From: Candidatus Nanoarchaeia archaeon
Lineage (GTDB): Archaea > Nanobdellota > Nanobdellia > Woesearchaeales > SM23-78
Reading direction: 5' to 3'
NCBI GenBank assembly: GCA_035256305.1
Contig: DATEYH010000138.1
Location: 1 to 37,343 of the forward strand
DNA: 37,343 nt
Part shown: positions 9,969-18,547 of the stretch, one piece after another
How the letters are laid out: every line of letters starts with the position of its first letter
How positions within the stretch are numbered: position 1 is the first letter of the stretch
The notes under the pieces: generated by a model
Databases searched by the model: none
Seen by the model: the letters and a program-made list of their open reading frames with translations, nothing else
What the model was told of the DNA's origin: nothing
Position numbers and translations under genes: made by a program

Positions 9969-10188
9969 GAAAGCAAAAAAGGTGATAAAGGAAAATCAGG
10001 ACATGTTCAACGTACTCGAAGAGCTTGACAGGACAGGCGCCTACAGGAAGGCATCATACAAGCAAAGAGTCAACTTCACAGTGGACGAGGAGCTGTTTAA
10101 CAAGTTCAGAAGCTACTGCAAGAAGAAAGGAATCAGCATGTCAGCAAGAGTAGAGGAATGCATGAGAAAGCAGCTGGAGAAAGCATAA
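9952..10188 (+). CDS. ribbon-helix-helix (CopG/Arc-like) protein, putative antitoxin of Doc
   Basis: RVNFTVDEELFNKFRSYCKKKGISMSARVEECMRKQL fits strand-helix-helix. Overlaps the Doc stop by 17 nt if the GTG start is used (alternative ATG 10003). Confidence 0.6.
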   Translation: MQSFTEKAKKVIKENQDMFNVLEELDRTGAYRKASYKQRVNFTVDEELFNKFRSYCKKKGISMSARVEECMRKQLEKA

Positions 10189-10326
10189 GAGTTCTTGAAT
10201 TATTTTCGTTTTTTTCCTGTTAATCACGAAAATTAATAATAGCATTATATAAATGAGTGGTTTGACATGGTTATTGACCAAAAAGCTTATATACTAAGCA
10301 TATATATCTATATATGTGATGTATAT

Positions 10327-10554
10327 ATGGTGCAGGCGATGATTAATATAAACGAGAACTCCAACCGCGTATTGAACATAGTCAAAGCCAAGTACGGGCT
10401 GAAAGATAAGTCTCAGGCTATAGACTTAGTTGTGTCTGAGTACGAGGAATCCTTCCTTGAGCCAGAGCTAAAGCCTGACTACAAGAAAAAGCTTGATAAG
10501 ATAATCAAAGGCAAGCACTTGTCCCGAAAGGAGTTTGAGAAAAGAGTGGGTTAG
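10327..10554 (+). CDS. putative antitoxin (small DNA-binding protein) of the RelE-like toxin
   Basis: MVQAMININENSNRVLNIVKAKYGLKDKSQAIDLVVSEY...; overlaps the downstream toxin by 20 nt. AT-rich TATA run ends about 20 nt upstream. The N-terminal 20 codons of the tracked ORF are AT-rich promoter-like sequence. Confidence 0.5.
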   Translation: MVQAMININENSNRVLNIVKAKYGLKDKSQAIDLVVSEYEESFLEPELKPDYKKKLDKIIKGKHLSRKEFEKRVG

Positions 10555-10819
10555 GTTGTACACAGACGAGTACAGCGATAAGATTAGTGATACCCTGGCC
10601 AAGCTGAAGAAGAGGGATCTCAAGCAATACCTAATCGTGCGCAAGAAGATGGACTGGATTCTTGAGAATCCAGGTCATAGCTACAAGTTCTTAAGCCAGG
10701 ACATGAAAGGTCTTAGCCGGATTCATTTAGGGCATTTTGTGCTGGTGTTTTCCATCAATCATAAGAAGAGGTTAGTATCTTTTGAAGATTACGACCACCA
10801 CGACAAGATATACTACTGA
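10535..10819 (+). CDS. RelE/ParE-superfamily toxin
   Basis: 94 aa, basic; ...LKGLSRIHLGHFVLVFSINHKKRLVSFEDYDHHDKIYY resembles the RelE/YafQ C-terminal core; paired with an upstream small ORF. Confidence 0.6.
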   Translation: MRKEWVRLYTDEYSDKISDTLAKLKKRDLKQYLIVRKKMDWILENPGHSYKFLSQDMKGLSRIHLGHFVLVFSINHKKRLVSFEDYDHHDKIYY

Positions 10820-10932
10820 ATAAGCCACTCCTCCTTCACAAAGCTGTCAGGCAATTGTTGCTCAAAGCAGAGAAAACCAGCTCTTCCAGTGATGAGTTAA
10901 ACAAATGAGAAAACTGAACTAAAATATTTTAG

Positions 10933-10975
10933 GGCTTCCACATTAAACTCTTACGAGGAAGGAGGTGGACAGCGG
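10933..10975 (+). repeat. dispersed intergenic repeat, copy A (GGCTTCCACA..CTTACGAGGAAGGAGGTGGACAGCGG)
   Basis: Near-identical to 12875-12917; partial copies at 8113-8135, 12839-12850 and 13948-13972. The ends form an imperfect inverted repeat (GCTTCCAC / GTGGACAGC). Confidence 0.7.
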
Positions 10976-10979
10976 ATAA

Positions 10980-11813
10980 TTATGTTAACCTTTTCCTCTT
11001 AGATTTTTCAGGCTCTGAAAGGTAGCTTTCTTTTGAGGTTATGGGTTTGCCTATTTCTTTCTCAGCATCTTTCCTGGCTTTTCCAGCAACCCTTCCCCCT
11101 CTTCTTGCTGAATCCTGGCATTGTTTGAGCCCTTGCGAGTCTTTTGTTTGAGTAATCTCAGTGGTTACTTTCTCACCAAGCATAGTAAATATTAATTCTA
11201 AATCATTCATATGATCTCTTAAGTTATGCCTTTTCAAGCCTTTGAACTGCTTGTATTCTTCAACAGTCTTTCCAAAAGTAGCCTTGCTAATATCGTTGGT
11301 TAATATCGCGAACTCAACATTCTCATCAACACCCCTGTTCTTCCACTCATCAGTCAGTTCCTGTCTTATAGCGATTCCCCTAACTCTCTTCTCAATCCAC
11401 TCATCAGAATAACCTTTGGCCCGGTAAAGCTCTTTCATTCTCTTCTGGGCTAACTCAGGATCCTGTATTTCCTGCACTCTTTCATAGCCAACCTTTGCAA
11501 GCCAAAGCTTGAAAGGCTCTGCCTTGGGTGATGGGATAGACTGGATAATCCTGAACATATTTTTGGTATTTGCGCAGTCAGTTTCCCTTAGTTTACCATC
11601 TTCTGCTGGTAATTTCAACTGTAAACAAAATGTTAACAGTTGAGGCTCTCGGCTCTTTAAAACGCCCCAATACTGTCTGGGACTAGGGCTATCAGTTAAA
11701 GCTTGCACAATATCAACAACTGAGAAATACCACTCATCATTATGCCAAACCCTTCTGATTTTCTTGTCCTGAAAAACAACCAGTGCCTTGTCTTGACTAA
11801 CATTTTCTGTCAT
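10980..11813 (-). CDS. Bro-N domain protein (phage antirepressor / DinD-like)
   Basis: N-terminus LVVFQDKKIRRVWHNDEWYFSVVDIVQALTDS is the Bro-N pattern; basic C-terminal tail. Confidence 0.7.
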   Translation of the reverse strand: MTENVSQDKALVVFQDKKIRRVWHNDEWYFSVVDIVQALTDSPSPRQYWGVLKSREPQLLTFCLQLKLPAEDGKLRETDCANTKNMFRIIQSIPSPKAEPFKLWLAKVGYERVQEIQDPELAQKRMKELYRAKGYSDEWIEKRVRGIAIRQELTDEWKNRGVDENVEFAILTNDISKATFGKTVEEYKQFKGLKRHNLRDHMNDLELIFTMLGEKVTTEITQTKDSQGLKQCQDSARRGGRVAGKARKDAEKEIGKPITSKESYLSEPEKSKRKRLT

Positions 11814-11940
11814 GGAATTATAGAAGAGAATGCAAGCTTATAAACCTTACGCGAAGATGTCCAGTGGAGAACGAAAGATTTGCGAATGTGTCCAGTGCCC
11901 TTGCACAACTTTTATAATCAATACATAATTACTTTCCTAT

Positions 11941-12819
11941 ATGAGAATCCTAGTGACAGGAGCAACAGGCTTTATTGGCAGTAATTTGGTTAAGGTTCTT
12001 AGGAAGAAGCATTCTGTTCGCGCTCTGGCTCGCCGCGAAGTAGCTATTCCTGGAGTGGAGGTTGCTATTGCTGACCTGAATGACAGGAAGGCGCTGGTTG
12101 AAGCCTTGAAAGGAATAGAAGTTGCTTATTATTTGGTGCATTCCATGAGCCAGACTTCTAAGTTTGAAGAGATGGAACTGGCTAGTGCAAAGAACTTTGC
12201 CAGTGCCTGTGACGCTAATAATGTTAAGAGAATAATCTATTTATCAGGCATAATACCCTCTGGAGAGCTGTCAAGGCACCTTCGGAGCAGGAAGAGAGTG
12301 GGTGATGCGCTTAGGAAGAGCACTGCAAAGGTTACTGAGCTCAGGGCTTCCATAATCGTTGGAGCTAACGGGAGCTCATACAAGATAATACAAGGACTGG
12401 TAGAGAAGATGCCTATCATGATATGGCCTTTTAAGGAAGCGCTGAACCAGCCAATAGCGCTCACAGATGCGCTGCATTACCTGGCTAAGAGCCTTGCAGA
12501 GAAGAAGACTATTGATAAGACCTACGACATAGGAGGGCCTGACGTGATAAGCTTTAAAGACATGCTAACAATATACGCAGAAGAGAAAGGATTGAAGAGG
12601 AAGATTGTGAAGGTTCCATTCTTCAACTCAAACATTTATTCCTTGATAGCAGCGAGAATAACAGGCCAGCCCAGGAACTTGATAAAAGCATTGATGGAAA
12701 GCTTAAAGCACGATGTAATCTGCAAAGAGAACAAGATAAGAAAGATAATTCCGAGAAGACTGCTGACGTATAGAGAAGCGGTGAGGCGAGTGATAAAGGA
12801 AGGCAAGACTGATTTCTGA
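11941..12819 (+). CDS. NAD(P)-binding Rossmann protein (atypical SDR / NmrA-like epimerase family)
   Basis: MRILVTGATGFIGSNLVKVL = TGxxGxxG dinucleotide-binding motif at the N-terminus. Confidence 0.75.
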   Translation: MRILVTGATGFIGSNLVKVLRKKHSVRALARREVAIPGVEVAIADLNDRKALVEALKGIEVAYYLVHSMSQTSKFEEMELASAKNFASACDANNVKRIIYLSGIIPSGELSRHLRSRKRVGDALRKSTAKVTELRASIIVGANGSSYKIIQGLVEKMPIMIWPFKEALNQPIALTDALHYLAKSLAEKKTIDKTYDIGGPDVISFKDMLTIYAEEKGLKRKIVKVPFFNSNIYSLIAARITGQPRNLIKALMESLKHDVICKENKIRKIIPRRLLTYREAVRRVIKEGKTDF

Positions 12820-12874
12820 ACGAAACGAGAAGATTAAGGGGCTTCCACACCGGTGACGAACGGGAAAATTAATT

Positions 12875-12917
12875 GGCTTCCACAACTATTTCTTACGAGG
12901 AGGGAAGTGGACAGCGG
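12875..12917 (+). repeat. dispersed intergenic repeat, copy B
   Basis: GGCTTCCACAACTATTTCTTACGAGGAGGGAAGTGGACAGCGG; see copy A. Both full copies sit between convergent gene ends. Confidence 0.7.
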
Positions 12918-13058
12918 AGGATGGATTTCCGAAGAAAGGATACAACCAGAAAAGGGAGAAGATAGTTTATCATATGTGAAGCAAATAAAACTTTAATTTT
13001 ATCCATTATGAAGAGTAAAATTAAAACAATGAAGGTATATAATTATATACTTTTAGAT

Positions 13059-13439
13059 TCAATTCTTGGATTTGCTAAAAGGGTGCCACTTCTTCCAAAC
13101 CAATTCAGAAAAGTAGAGAAGTCTATCAACAAATCTTACCAATTTTAATGATATCAGGATTACAATAAAGAAGAGCAGGGATATTGCGAATGCACCTAAA
13201 GGCACATCAATTAATAAATTTCCACTAAATGGATGCGCAGCGAAATCATATTTACTTAGAACCCATGAAGTGGCTCCTGAAAGCGTACTTGCAATTATTA
13301 TTGTAATGTAATCTTTACTTTTAACGAAATCTTTTTTTTCTTCACAGGAATACTTATATAACTCTTTTAAAGAAGGTTTATCCGATAATTTCATTAAAAT
13401 TGAGAATGCGCACTTATTTTTATTTTTTACTATTTTCAC
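13059..13439 (-). CDS. membrane protein, unknown function
   Basis: 126 aa with two clear hydrophobic helices. Confidence 0.4.
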   Translation of the reverse strand: MKIVKNKNKCAFSILMKLSDKPSLKELYKYSCEEKKDFVKSKDYITIIIASTLSGATSWVLSKYDFAAHPFSGNLLIDVPLGAFAISLLFFIVILISLKLVRFVDRLLYFSELVWKKWHPFSKSKN

Positions 13440-13566
13440 TACCCTAGAACTTCTTCAGAACATTCACTAGCGTTCCTTGTTCTTTCATCCGGGAGACTTG
13501 CATATCTTTTTCACTATCCTTCAGCGAGGCTCTTTCCGAGGGAAAAATAATAAAACCTGGTTATAT

Positions 13567-13935
13567 TCAATTCTTTTTAGAACGCAACTCAGAAATCCAC
13601 TTCTCAATTTCTTGAATTCGAACATCATATAATTTCTCTTTAGATTTCATAATCATTTGAACTCCTTGATAAGCAAGGCTGCCCACTAAAAAAGGAAGTC
13701 CAAAAATCAAAAGGATGAGCATAATTAATGCAACTATTACATTAAATTCTATAATCGCTTTTACAACAGAAGTGATGGTATTAGTAAAGGCATTAGCTAA
13801 AAAGCCCGTTGTAACCAAAAAAGTTAAGACTCCTGCCAAGATTGAAACAGCCAAAGAATGCAATTCTTTTTCTTTCTCAAGCTTTAATTCAATTTTCTTC
13901 AATTTTAACTCAAATATCTTCTCATCCTTATCCAT
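13567..13935 (-). CDS. membrane protein with N- and C-terminal coiled segments, unknown function
   Basis: 122 aa with two hydrophobic helices flanked by Lys/Glu-rich segments. Confidence 0.4.
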   Translation of the reverse strand: MDKDEKIFELKLKKIELKLEKEKELHSLAVSILAGVLTFLVTTGFLANAFTNTITSVVKAIIEFNVIVALIMLILLIFGLPFLVGSLAYQGVQMIMKSKEKLYDVRIQEIEKWISELRSKKN

Positions 13936-14114
13936 GTAATCAAGTAATTCATTCCACTATTTAACTCTTACGTTTCAAAAAGAACTCTTCGCTCACGAAT
14001 GCGCTGCACTTATTCTGTTCGCTCGTCGCCCCATCTCTCAGCCTCGCACCTCTCACTCACTTTCGTTCATGGAGGCTCAGCTGGAGAGATATCCCCTATA
14101 GCAATTGATAGTAC

Positions 14115-14612
14115 TTAGTTACACTGTTCTTCTTGTCTATATTTTGTTACTATTCGTGTTTCTTTTTTTGTTCCCGGAATAACTTGATATTGTACTGTGA
14201 AATCCTCTCCAGAGCTAATATCATATTCTTCTCTAAATTCTATAGCTTCTCCTGGCATGATATAATGTGCTGACTTTAATGAGGTTTCTCCATCTTCTAA
14301 GGTTTTAAAGATTTGAGTCACAGTAAATTCTCCGGTTTCCGAATCAACATTTTTTACTTTTACTATTCCAACTGCCCAAACGTCCAATATCCCTTTGAAT
14401 ATTGTTGTTTTTGTATCCTCAACAACTTCATATTTCAAGTCAACAGAGTATTCTTCAGTAGTTTCATAAGGAACGTCTACCATTTTACATTTTTGTATAG
14501 GGCTAGTAAACTTGATAGTAGACCGGTCTGACGAGCTACAAGCAGTTAACGCTAAGCTAAACATTATTAACAAAATAGAACTCACAATAAGGAAGTTATT
14601 CATTTTATGCAC
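14115..14612 (-). CDS. putative lipoprotein
   Basis: Signal peptide ending in lipobox LALTAC; beta-rich mature part. Confidence 0.5.
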   Translation of the reverse strand: MHKMNNFLIVSSILLIMFSLALTACSSSDRSTIKFTSPIQKCKMVDVPYETTEEYSVDLKYEVVEDTKTTIFKGILDVWAVGIVKVKNVDSETGEFTVTQIFKTLEDGETSLKSAHYIMPGEAIEFREEYDISSGEDFTVQYQVIPGTKKETRIVTKYRQEEQCN

Positions 14613-14703
14613 CCCCGCGTATTGTGTGTTTAGAATCCTGACTTTATTTAAAAAGAATGTGTTTTTTAAGAAGATTTAAATAGATAAAGTTCCTGTTATA
14701 TTA

Positions 14704-14937
14704 ATGACCGACATGGAACCTAAAAAAAGCATTCCTATTAAAGGTTGGAGATGGATATTCTTTATAATAGGGATTATTTTCGGAATATTGAATGTTGCCT
14801 TTTGGGTATATTACCTAATTTTACATTCAAAAATGAAAGATAAATGGGACACTCAAAAATACTTTGCCTTTTTTTGGTGGGGTGTTTTTGTAAGCGTTCT
14901 TTTAGGAATAGCCATTATTGTGAATATAATATTTTAA
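14704..14937 (+). CDS. small two-helix membrane protein
   Basis: 77 aa with two Trp/Phe-rich hydrophobic helices. Confidence 0.4.
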   Translation: MTDMEPKKSIPIKGWRWIFFIIGIIFGILNVAFWVYYLILHSKMKDKWDTQKYFAFFWWGVFVSVLLGIAIIVNIIF

Positions 14938-14969
14938 AAAAGATTTAAATAATATAATTAATTACAAGA

Positions 14970-17288
14970 TCATACTTCTCCTGGCTGTTCTCCAATTGTT
15001 TGCCAAAAAGCCAATCCTTCAGCTCCTGTAGTGCAGGGCCCTGCTCCTAATCCGTATGGATTATTATGAACTCCTATAAATGCACAGATGTGTTGATAAC
15101 ATCCAATTGCACCACTTTTATGTTCATAAAGAAGATTATAACGATGACCTCGGCTCGTCATCCAGGAATCAACTGCTTCTTTAGGACTTGTGCCGGCAAT
15201 CGGTTCACCACTTTCATAATAAGTCATTCCGCCGAGGTTTTCTGCGAGAATTTCGTTTTCACTAAAGCCGTATTCACTTTTCATATCCTTTACACAAGTA
15301 CCTTCTGGTGTTACGTGATCGAAATAATTTCTTTCAGTCAAATCTTTAGACCGTGCAACTGCTAATTTATAAGCCCTTTCATCCCAGTCAATTTCATTTT
15401 TACCGTTTTCTTCCCTTAGCTGATTGATATAATCAAAAGCTTCCAAGTCTTGAACTTTTTTACTCTCGATACAATCTCCTTTCCAAATTGAATAACCCCA
15501 TTTACATCCACATTTTTCTGCGAAGGGGATTAGCTCTCCTTCTTTACAGTAATACGGCTTGTTATCATTACATTGACCATATTCTGTTCTATCAGAGCAA
15601 CGCATAATCTTCTTACAAGAATTTCCGTCTTTTCGATAGTCTTCAGGGCAACCGCATTCATCTGCATTGTTAATTAATGTTCCGTTAATGCATTGCTTTG
15701 GTTTGTTTAGAGAGCATTCTGGAGAGAGTGTGTTATCTGAACATTTTATTATAACTATGCATTCCTTTTGATACTCCCTTTGCCCCCCAGGACATCCGCA
15801 TTTGACAGCATCTTTTTTTAAACCCGAATAAGAGCAAAAAAACGGTGGATTACTGGAACAATCATTCAGTTGGGTTCCATCGCTGCATGTTATTTCTTCA
15901 CCAAATAAATTAAATACGAAATTTCTAACGATAAGAAAACGAGGTTGCTTAACAGAGTAGTTAATCACCTCAATGTAACTAAAATTCTTCTGAACTAATA
16001 TTGTTCCCGAAATATCCCTTTCAGATTTTTTTATGCTCGAAACATTAATCTTTAAATCGTTATAACTTCTTTTAAACACTCCCGTTATCTCATAAATATC
16101 AGGAGACGTCCCTTTATTTAGGAAAAATGAAGAATATTCTGACTCCCTGTTGATAAAATCCAGAGTGTTCCCATCATCATCGGCGATGGCTTGAACATAA
16201 ACTCCGGAAGTACTGCTACCTTTAACATACCTTTGAAGAAAACCTTTCAGCGTTACCGGTTGATTATTATAAGCAGTTCTATTTGCCAAATATTTTGAAA
16301 ATGACATGTGGGAAGTAATTGTTTGATTTTCGTAAACGGTCCTTATTTTTGTAAGATTCTCTGTTACTTCTTGCGTTGTTGTACTAAACGTCAGGTATAG
16401 AATAATTATAAAAATGAGAATTATTGGCAGAAATATTTTTATCAGTCGAAGAATGATTTTTTTCTTTTTTACATTAGGTTTTTTATTTTCTGATTTGATT
16501 TCTTCTTTTTCATCTGGCTTAATCTTAGTCTCTTCAGTTTCTTTCTTCGTTTCTGTTTCTAGTTTAGCTTCTAATGACTTGGCAGGAGCCTTGCTCGGAG
16601 TTTCTTTTCGCGGTGACTTGATAACTAAGTCTAGTTTTTTCCTGTATTCCTCTTGTTTTCTTTTTTGTTCAGCTTCCCAGTACTCAACAAAGTCCGGGCA
16701 AGGATGTCCCCCCATTTTACGCCATTCTTCCATGAATATTTTATCTTCTGGCCTGTTACTTTTGAATCTAGGAGGCCCCGCTGGCTTAGGCCTAAGATGG
16801 AAGGTGCAGAAAAACTGTTTGCAGTAAGAGCATTTTTTTAATTCTGTTTTTTTCTTACAATAATAATAACTACATTCATGTTTATTCAATTTTTTCTTAA
16901 CAATTTTTTCATTTTCTTTATCTAAGTTTAAACCGCCGCCCAAGTATATCCCTCCGGGCGGCTTCCAGGTGCCTAATCGAGCATTGCTCTGGGTTGCATA
17001 AAAACTGCTTTCGTGGCTTGGGTTTACAAGATGTGTTACTTCATGAGAAGCAGCTTCTTCAATTTCTTCAAAAGTCATCTGTTTTAGCCTTCGTTTAGAA
17101 ACACAAATAATGCCAGTTTCAATGTGTATATGCGCCCATTCATCAGGTCCTTCATATGGACATCTATCTTCATGAAATTCAACTCTGGGAATTTCAACAT
17201 TAAGGAATTCGGCTGTCTTTTTAACTGTAGCTAGAAATCTTGCTTTTTTCTCTGTTAAAATTTTATCTTCAAACGCGTCAGGTTCCAT
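14970..17288 (-). CDS. multidomain membrane protein: WLM/SprT-like Zn-protease + AN1-like zinc finger (cytoplasmic), TM helix, 3 Cys-rich repeats + CAP/SCP/PR-1 domain (extracellular)
   Basis: HEVTHLVNPSH (HExxHx5H) at aa 82-92. C-x4-C-x9-C-x2-C-x4-C-x2-H ... H-x-C at aa 139-197. Hydrophobic helix at aa 279-301. Three ~45-aa repeats ending CGCP/CGCK at aa 468-606. CAP motifs (YFDHV, WMTSRGHRYNLL) at aa 615-745. Confidence 0.75.
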   Translation of the reverse strand: MEPDAFEDKILTEKKARFLATVKKTAEFLNVEIPRVEFHEDRCPYEGPDEWAHIHIETGIICVSKRRLKQMTFEEIEEAASHEVTHLVNPSHESSFYATQSNARLGTWKPPGGIYLGGGLNLDKENEKIVKKKLNKHECSYYYCKKKTELKKCSYCKQFFCTFHLRPKPAGPPRFKSNRPEDKIFMEEWRKMGGHPCPDFVEYWEAEQKRKQEEYRKKLDLVIKSPRKETPSKAPAKSLEAKLETETKKETEETKIKPDEKEEIKSENKKPNVKKKKIILRLIKIFLPIILIFIIILYLTFSTTTQEVTENLTKIRTVYENQTITSHMSFSKYLANRTAYNNQPVTLKGFLQRYVKGSSTSGVYVQAIADDDGNTLDFINRESEYSSFFLNKGTSPDIYEITGVFKRSYNDLKINVSSIKKSERDISGTILVQKNFSYIEVINYSVKQPRFLIVRNFVFNLFGEEITCSDGTQLNDCSSNPPFFCSYSGLKKDAVKCGCPGGQREYQKECIVIIKCSDNTLSPECSLNKPKQCINGTLINNADECGCPEDYRKDGNSCKKIMRCSDRTEYGQCNDNKPYYCKEGELIPFAEKCGCKWGYSIWKGDCIESKKVQDLEAFDYINQLREENGKNEIDWDERAYKLAVARSKDLTERNYFDHVTPEGTCVKDMKSEYGFSENEILAENLGGMTYYESGEPIAGTSPKEAVDSWMTSRGHRYNLLYEHKSGAIGCYQHICAFIGVHNNPYGLGAGPCTTGAEGLAFWQTIGEQPGEV

Positions 17289-17319
17289 TTTTTTATAGAG
17301 TGAAGATACATTTTGGCGT

Positions 17320-17340
17320 ATTAATGTTTTTCTGTTTTTT
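17320..17340 (-). promoter_or_regulatory. shared promoter module copy 1 (plus strand ATTAATGTTTTTCTGTTTTTT)
   Basis: One of four near-identical copies, each 22-29 nt upstream of a minus-strand start codon. On the minus strand it reads as a purine-rich BRE-like tract followed by an ATTAATA TATA-like box. Confidence 0.6.
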
Positions 17341-17363
17341 CATCAATCCCTGCAGAAGAATAG

Positions 17364-17666
17364 TTACCGCATCCGGAATGGAATGCCGTGCTCTTCCAAA
17401 AGCACTTTCCTTATCTTTTGACGAACCCAATGACCGCGTTTGCCTCTTCTCTTAATGATGTCATGGCTGGTCTTAATAACAAGCCGCATGAACTCATTTC
17501 TTGTAGGCTCTCTTTTATGCCTAAGCTTAAATTTCCTTAATCGCTTGTTTAAGTTCCTATGAGCTCTGGCTCTTAGCTTACGGGAAAGAAATGGTCTTCG
17601 CTTTTTTGGAGCTACTGGAGGAAAAAGCCATCTAAGAAATTTTTTAATCTTGGTAAATAAACTCAT
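17364..17666 (-). CDS. highly basic small protein (100 aa, about 40% Lys/Arg), unknown function
   Basis: ORF preceded by promoter module copy 2 at leaderless spacing; no recognisable domain. Confidence 0.45.
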   Translation of the reverse strand: MSLFTKIKKFLRWLFPPVAPKKRRPFLSRKLRARAHRNLNKRLRKFKLRHKREPTRNEFMRLVIKTSHDIIKRRGKRGHWVRQKIRKVLLEEHGIPFRMR

Positions 17667-17690
17667 ACATTCAACCTTAAGTTTCAGTAT

Positions 17691-17710
17691 ATTAATGTTT
17701 TTTCGTTTTT
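17691..17710 (-). promoter_or_regulatory. shared promoter module copy 2
   Basis: ATTAATGTTTTTTCGTTTTT; TATA-like box ends 22 nt upstream of ATG 17666. Confidence 0.6.
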
Positions 17711-17720
17711 ATTTAAATTA

Positions 17721-18416
17721 TTAATCTACAAATTTAGCTGTAAAAATAAGTTCCTTTGAGTCTCTTGTTGGCGTGATGTTACTATAGCAGGTTAAGTTAC
17801 AGAGATACCTCCCAATTTTTACTTCAGTGGGAAAATCAGTGAATTTTATGGTATAGCTTCCTCCACAATATTCTTGGGTTTTCATAAGAACAATTCTTGT
17901 TGTAGAGCCTAAATTTGGACTATCAGTTATGCAAGCAGTAGTAGGTCCTGCCATTCCAGACCAACCTCGTTGAATAATTTTACCAATATATTGTTCGCAA
18001 CTTGAATCGCAAAAAACATCTCTTAGTAACGTATTACCAGTGTTCACAACAGTAAAAGTAAATGCGAGATAGTTCAATTCACGGGATATGTCACAAAAAC
18101 CTATATAAGTGTCATTAGTTATTTTTTCAATGTTTGAACAAGGTGCAGGTCCTGGTCCAGGTCCTATATCAAGGCGACTGATTGATATTTCATTTTTTTC
18201 CACAGTTTCTTGTGAACATAAAATAGGATTATCTACCTCCCTCCCATCATCACAATAATAGGCAGTTTTTTCAGGTTCTGGCGTAGGTTGGGGGCATAAG
18301 GAAGGGTCTGAGACCGTTTGCCCATTTGAACAAACATATTTAGCTGGCTCTTTTGAACAACTCGTTAAGAGAACTAACAAGAAAACTAACAAGAGCGATA
18401 TTTGAATAAGTTTCAT
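17721..18416 (-). CDS. cysteine-rich lipoprotein
   Basis: MKLIQISLLLVFLLVLLTSC lipobox. Duplicated Y-x-C-x2-G-x2-V-x2-P-x-LC motif. Start taken at ATG 18416, 22 nt from the TATA-like box (tracked ORF starts at 18425). Confidence 0.55.
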   Translation of the reverse strand: MKLIQISLLLVFLLVLLTSCSKEPAKYVCSNGQTVSDPSLCPQPTPEPEKTAYYCDDGREVDNPILCSQETVEKNEISISRLDIGPGPGPAPCSNIEKITNDTYIGFCDISRELNYLAFTFTVVNTGNTLLRDVFCDSSCEQYIGKIIQRGWSGMAGPTTACITDSPNLGSTTRIVLMKTQEYCGGSYTIKFTDFPTEVKIGRYLCNLTCYSNITPTRDSKELIFTAKFVD

Positions 18417-18440
18417 CAAAAGCATTATTATTTATCCAAT

Positions 18441-18461
18441 ATTAATGTTTTTCTGTTTTTT
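18441..18461 (-). promoter_or_regulatory. shared promoter module copy 3
   Basis: ATTAATGTTTTTCTGTTTTTT. Confidence 0.6.
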
Positions 18462-18547
18462 CTGTGTTTTTGATGTTAAATCTTGCTTTTATAGACTATA
18501 AATAAGCCTTTGAAAATATAAGCTCTGAGTTTGCTTAACCTAAATCA

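Noticed and set aside
13973-14114. GC-richer 140-nt intergenic block (TTCGCTCACGAATGCGCTGCAC...) as a possible ncRNA such as SRP RNA or a tRNA
   Set aside because: I could find no cloverleaf or conserved SRP/RNase P motifs, only short direct repeats (TTCGCTC x2). It is left unassigned.
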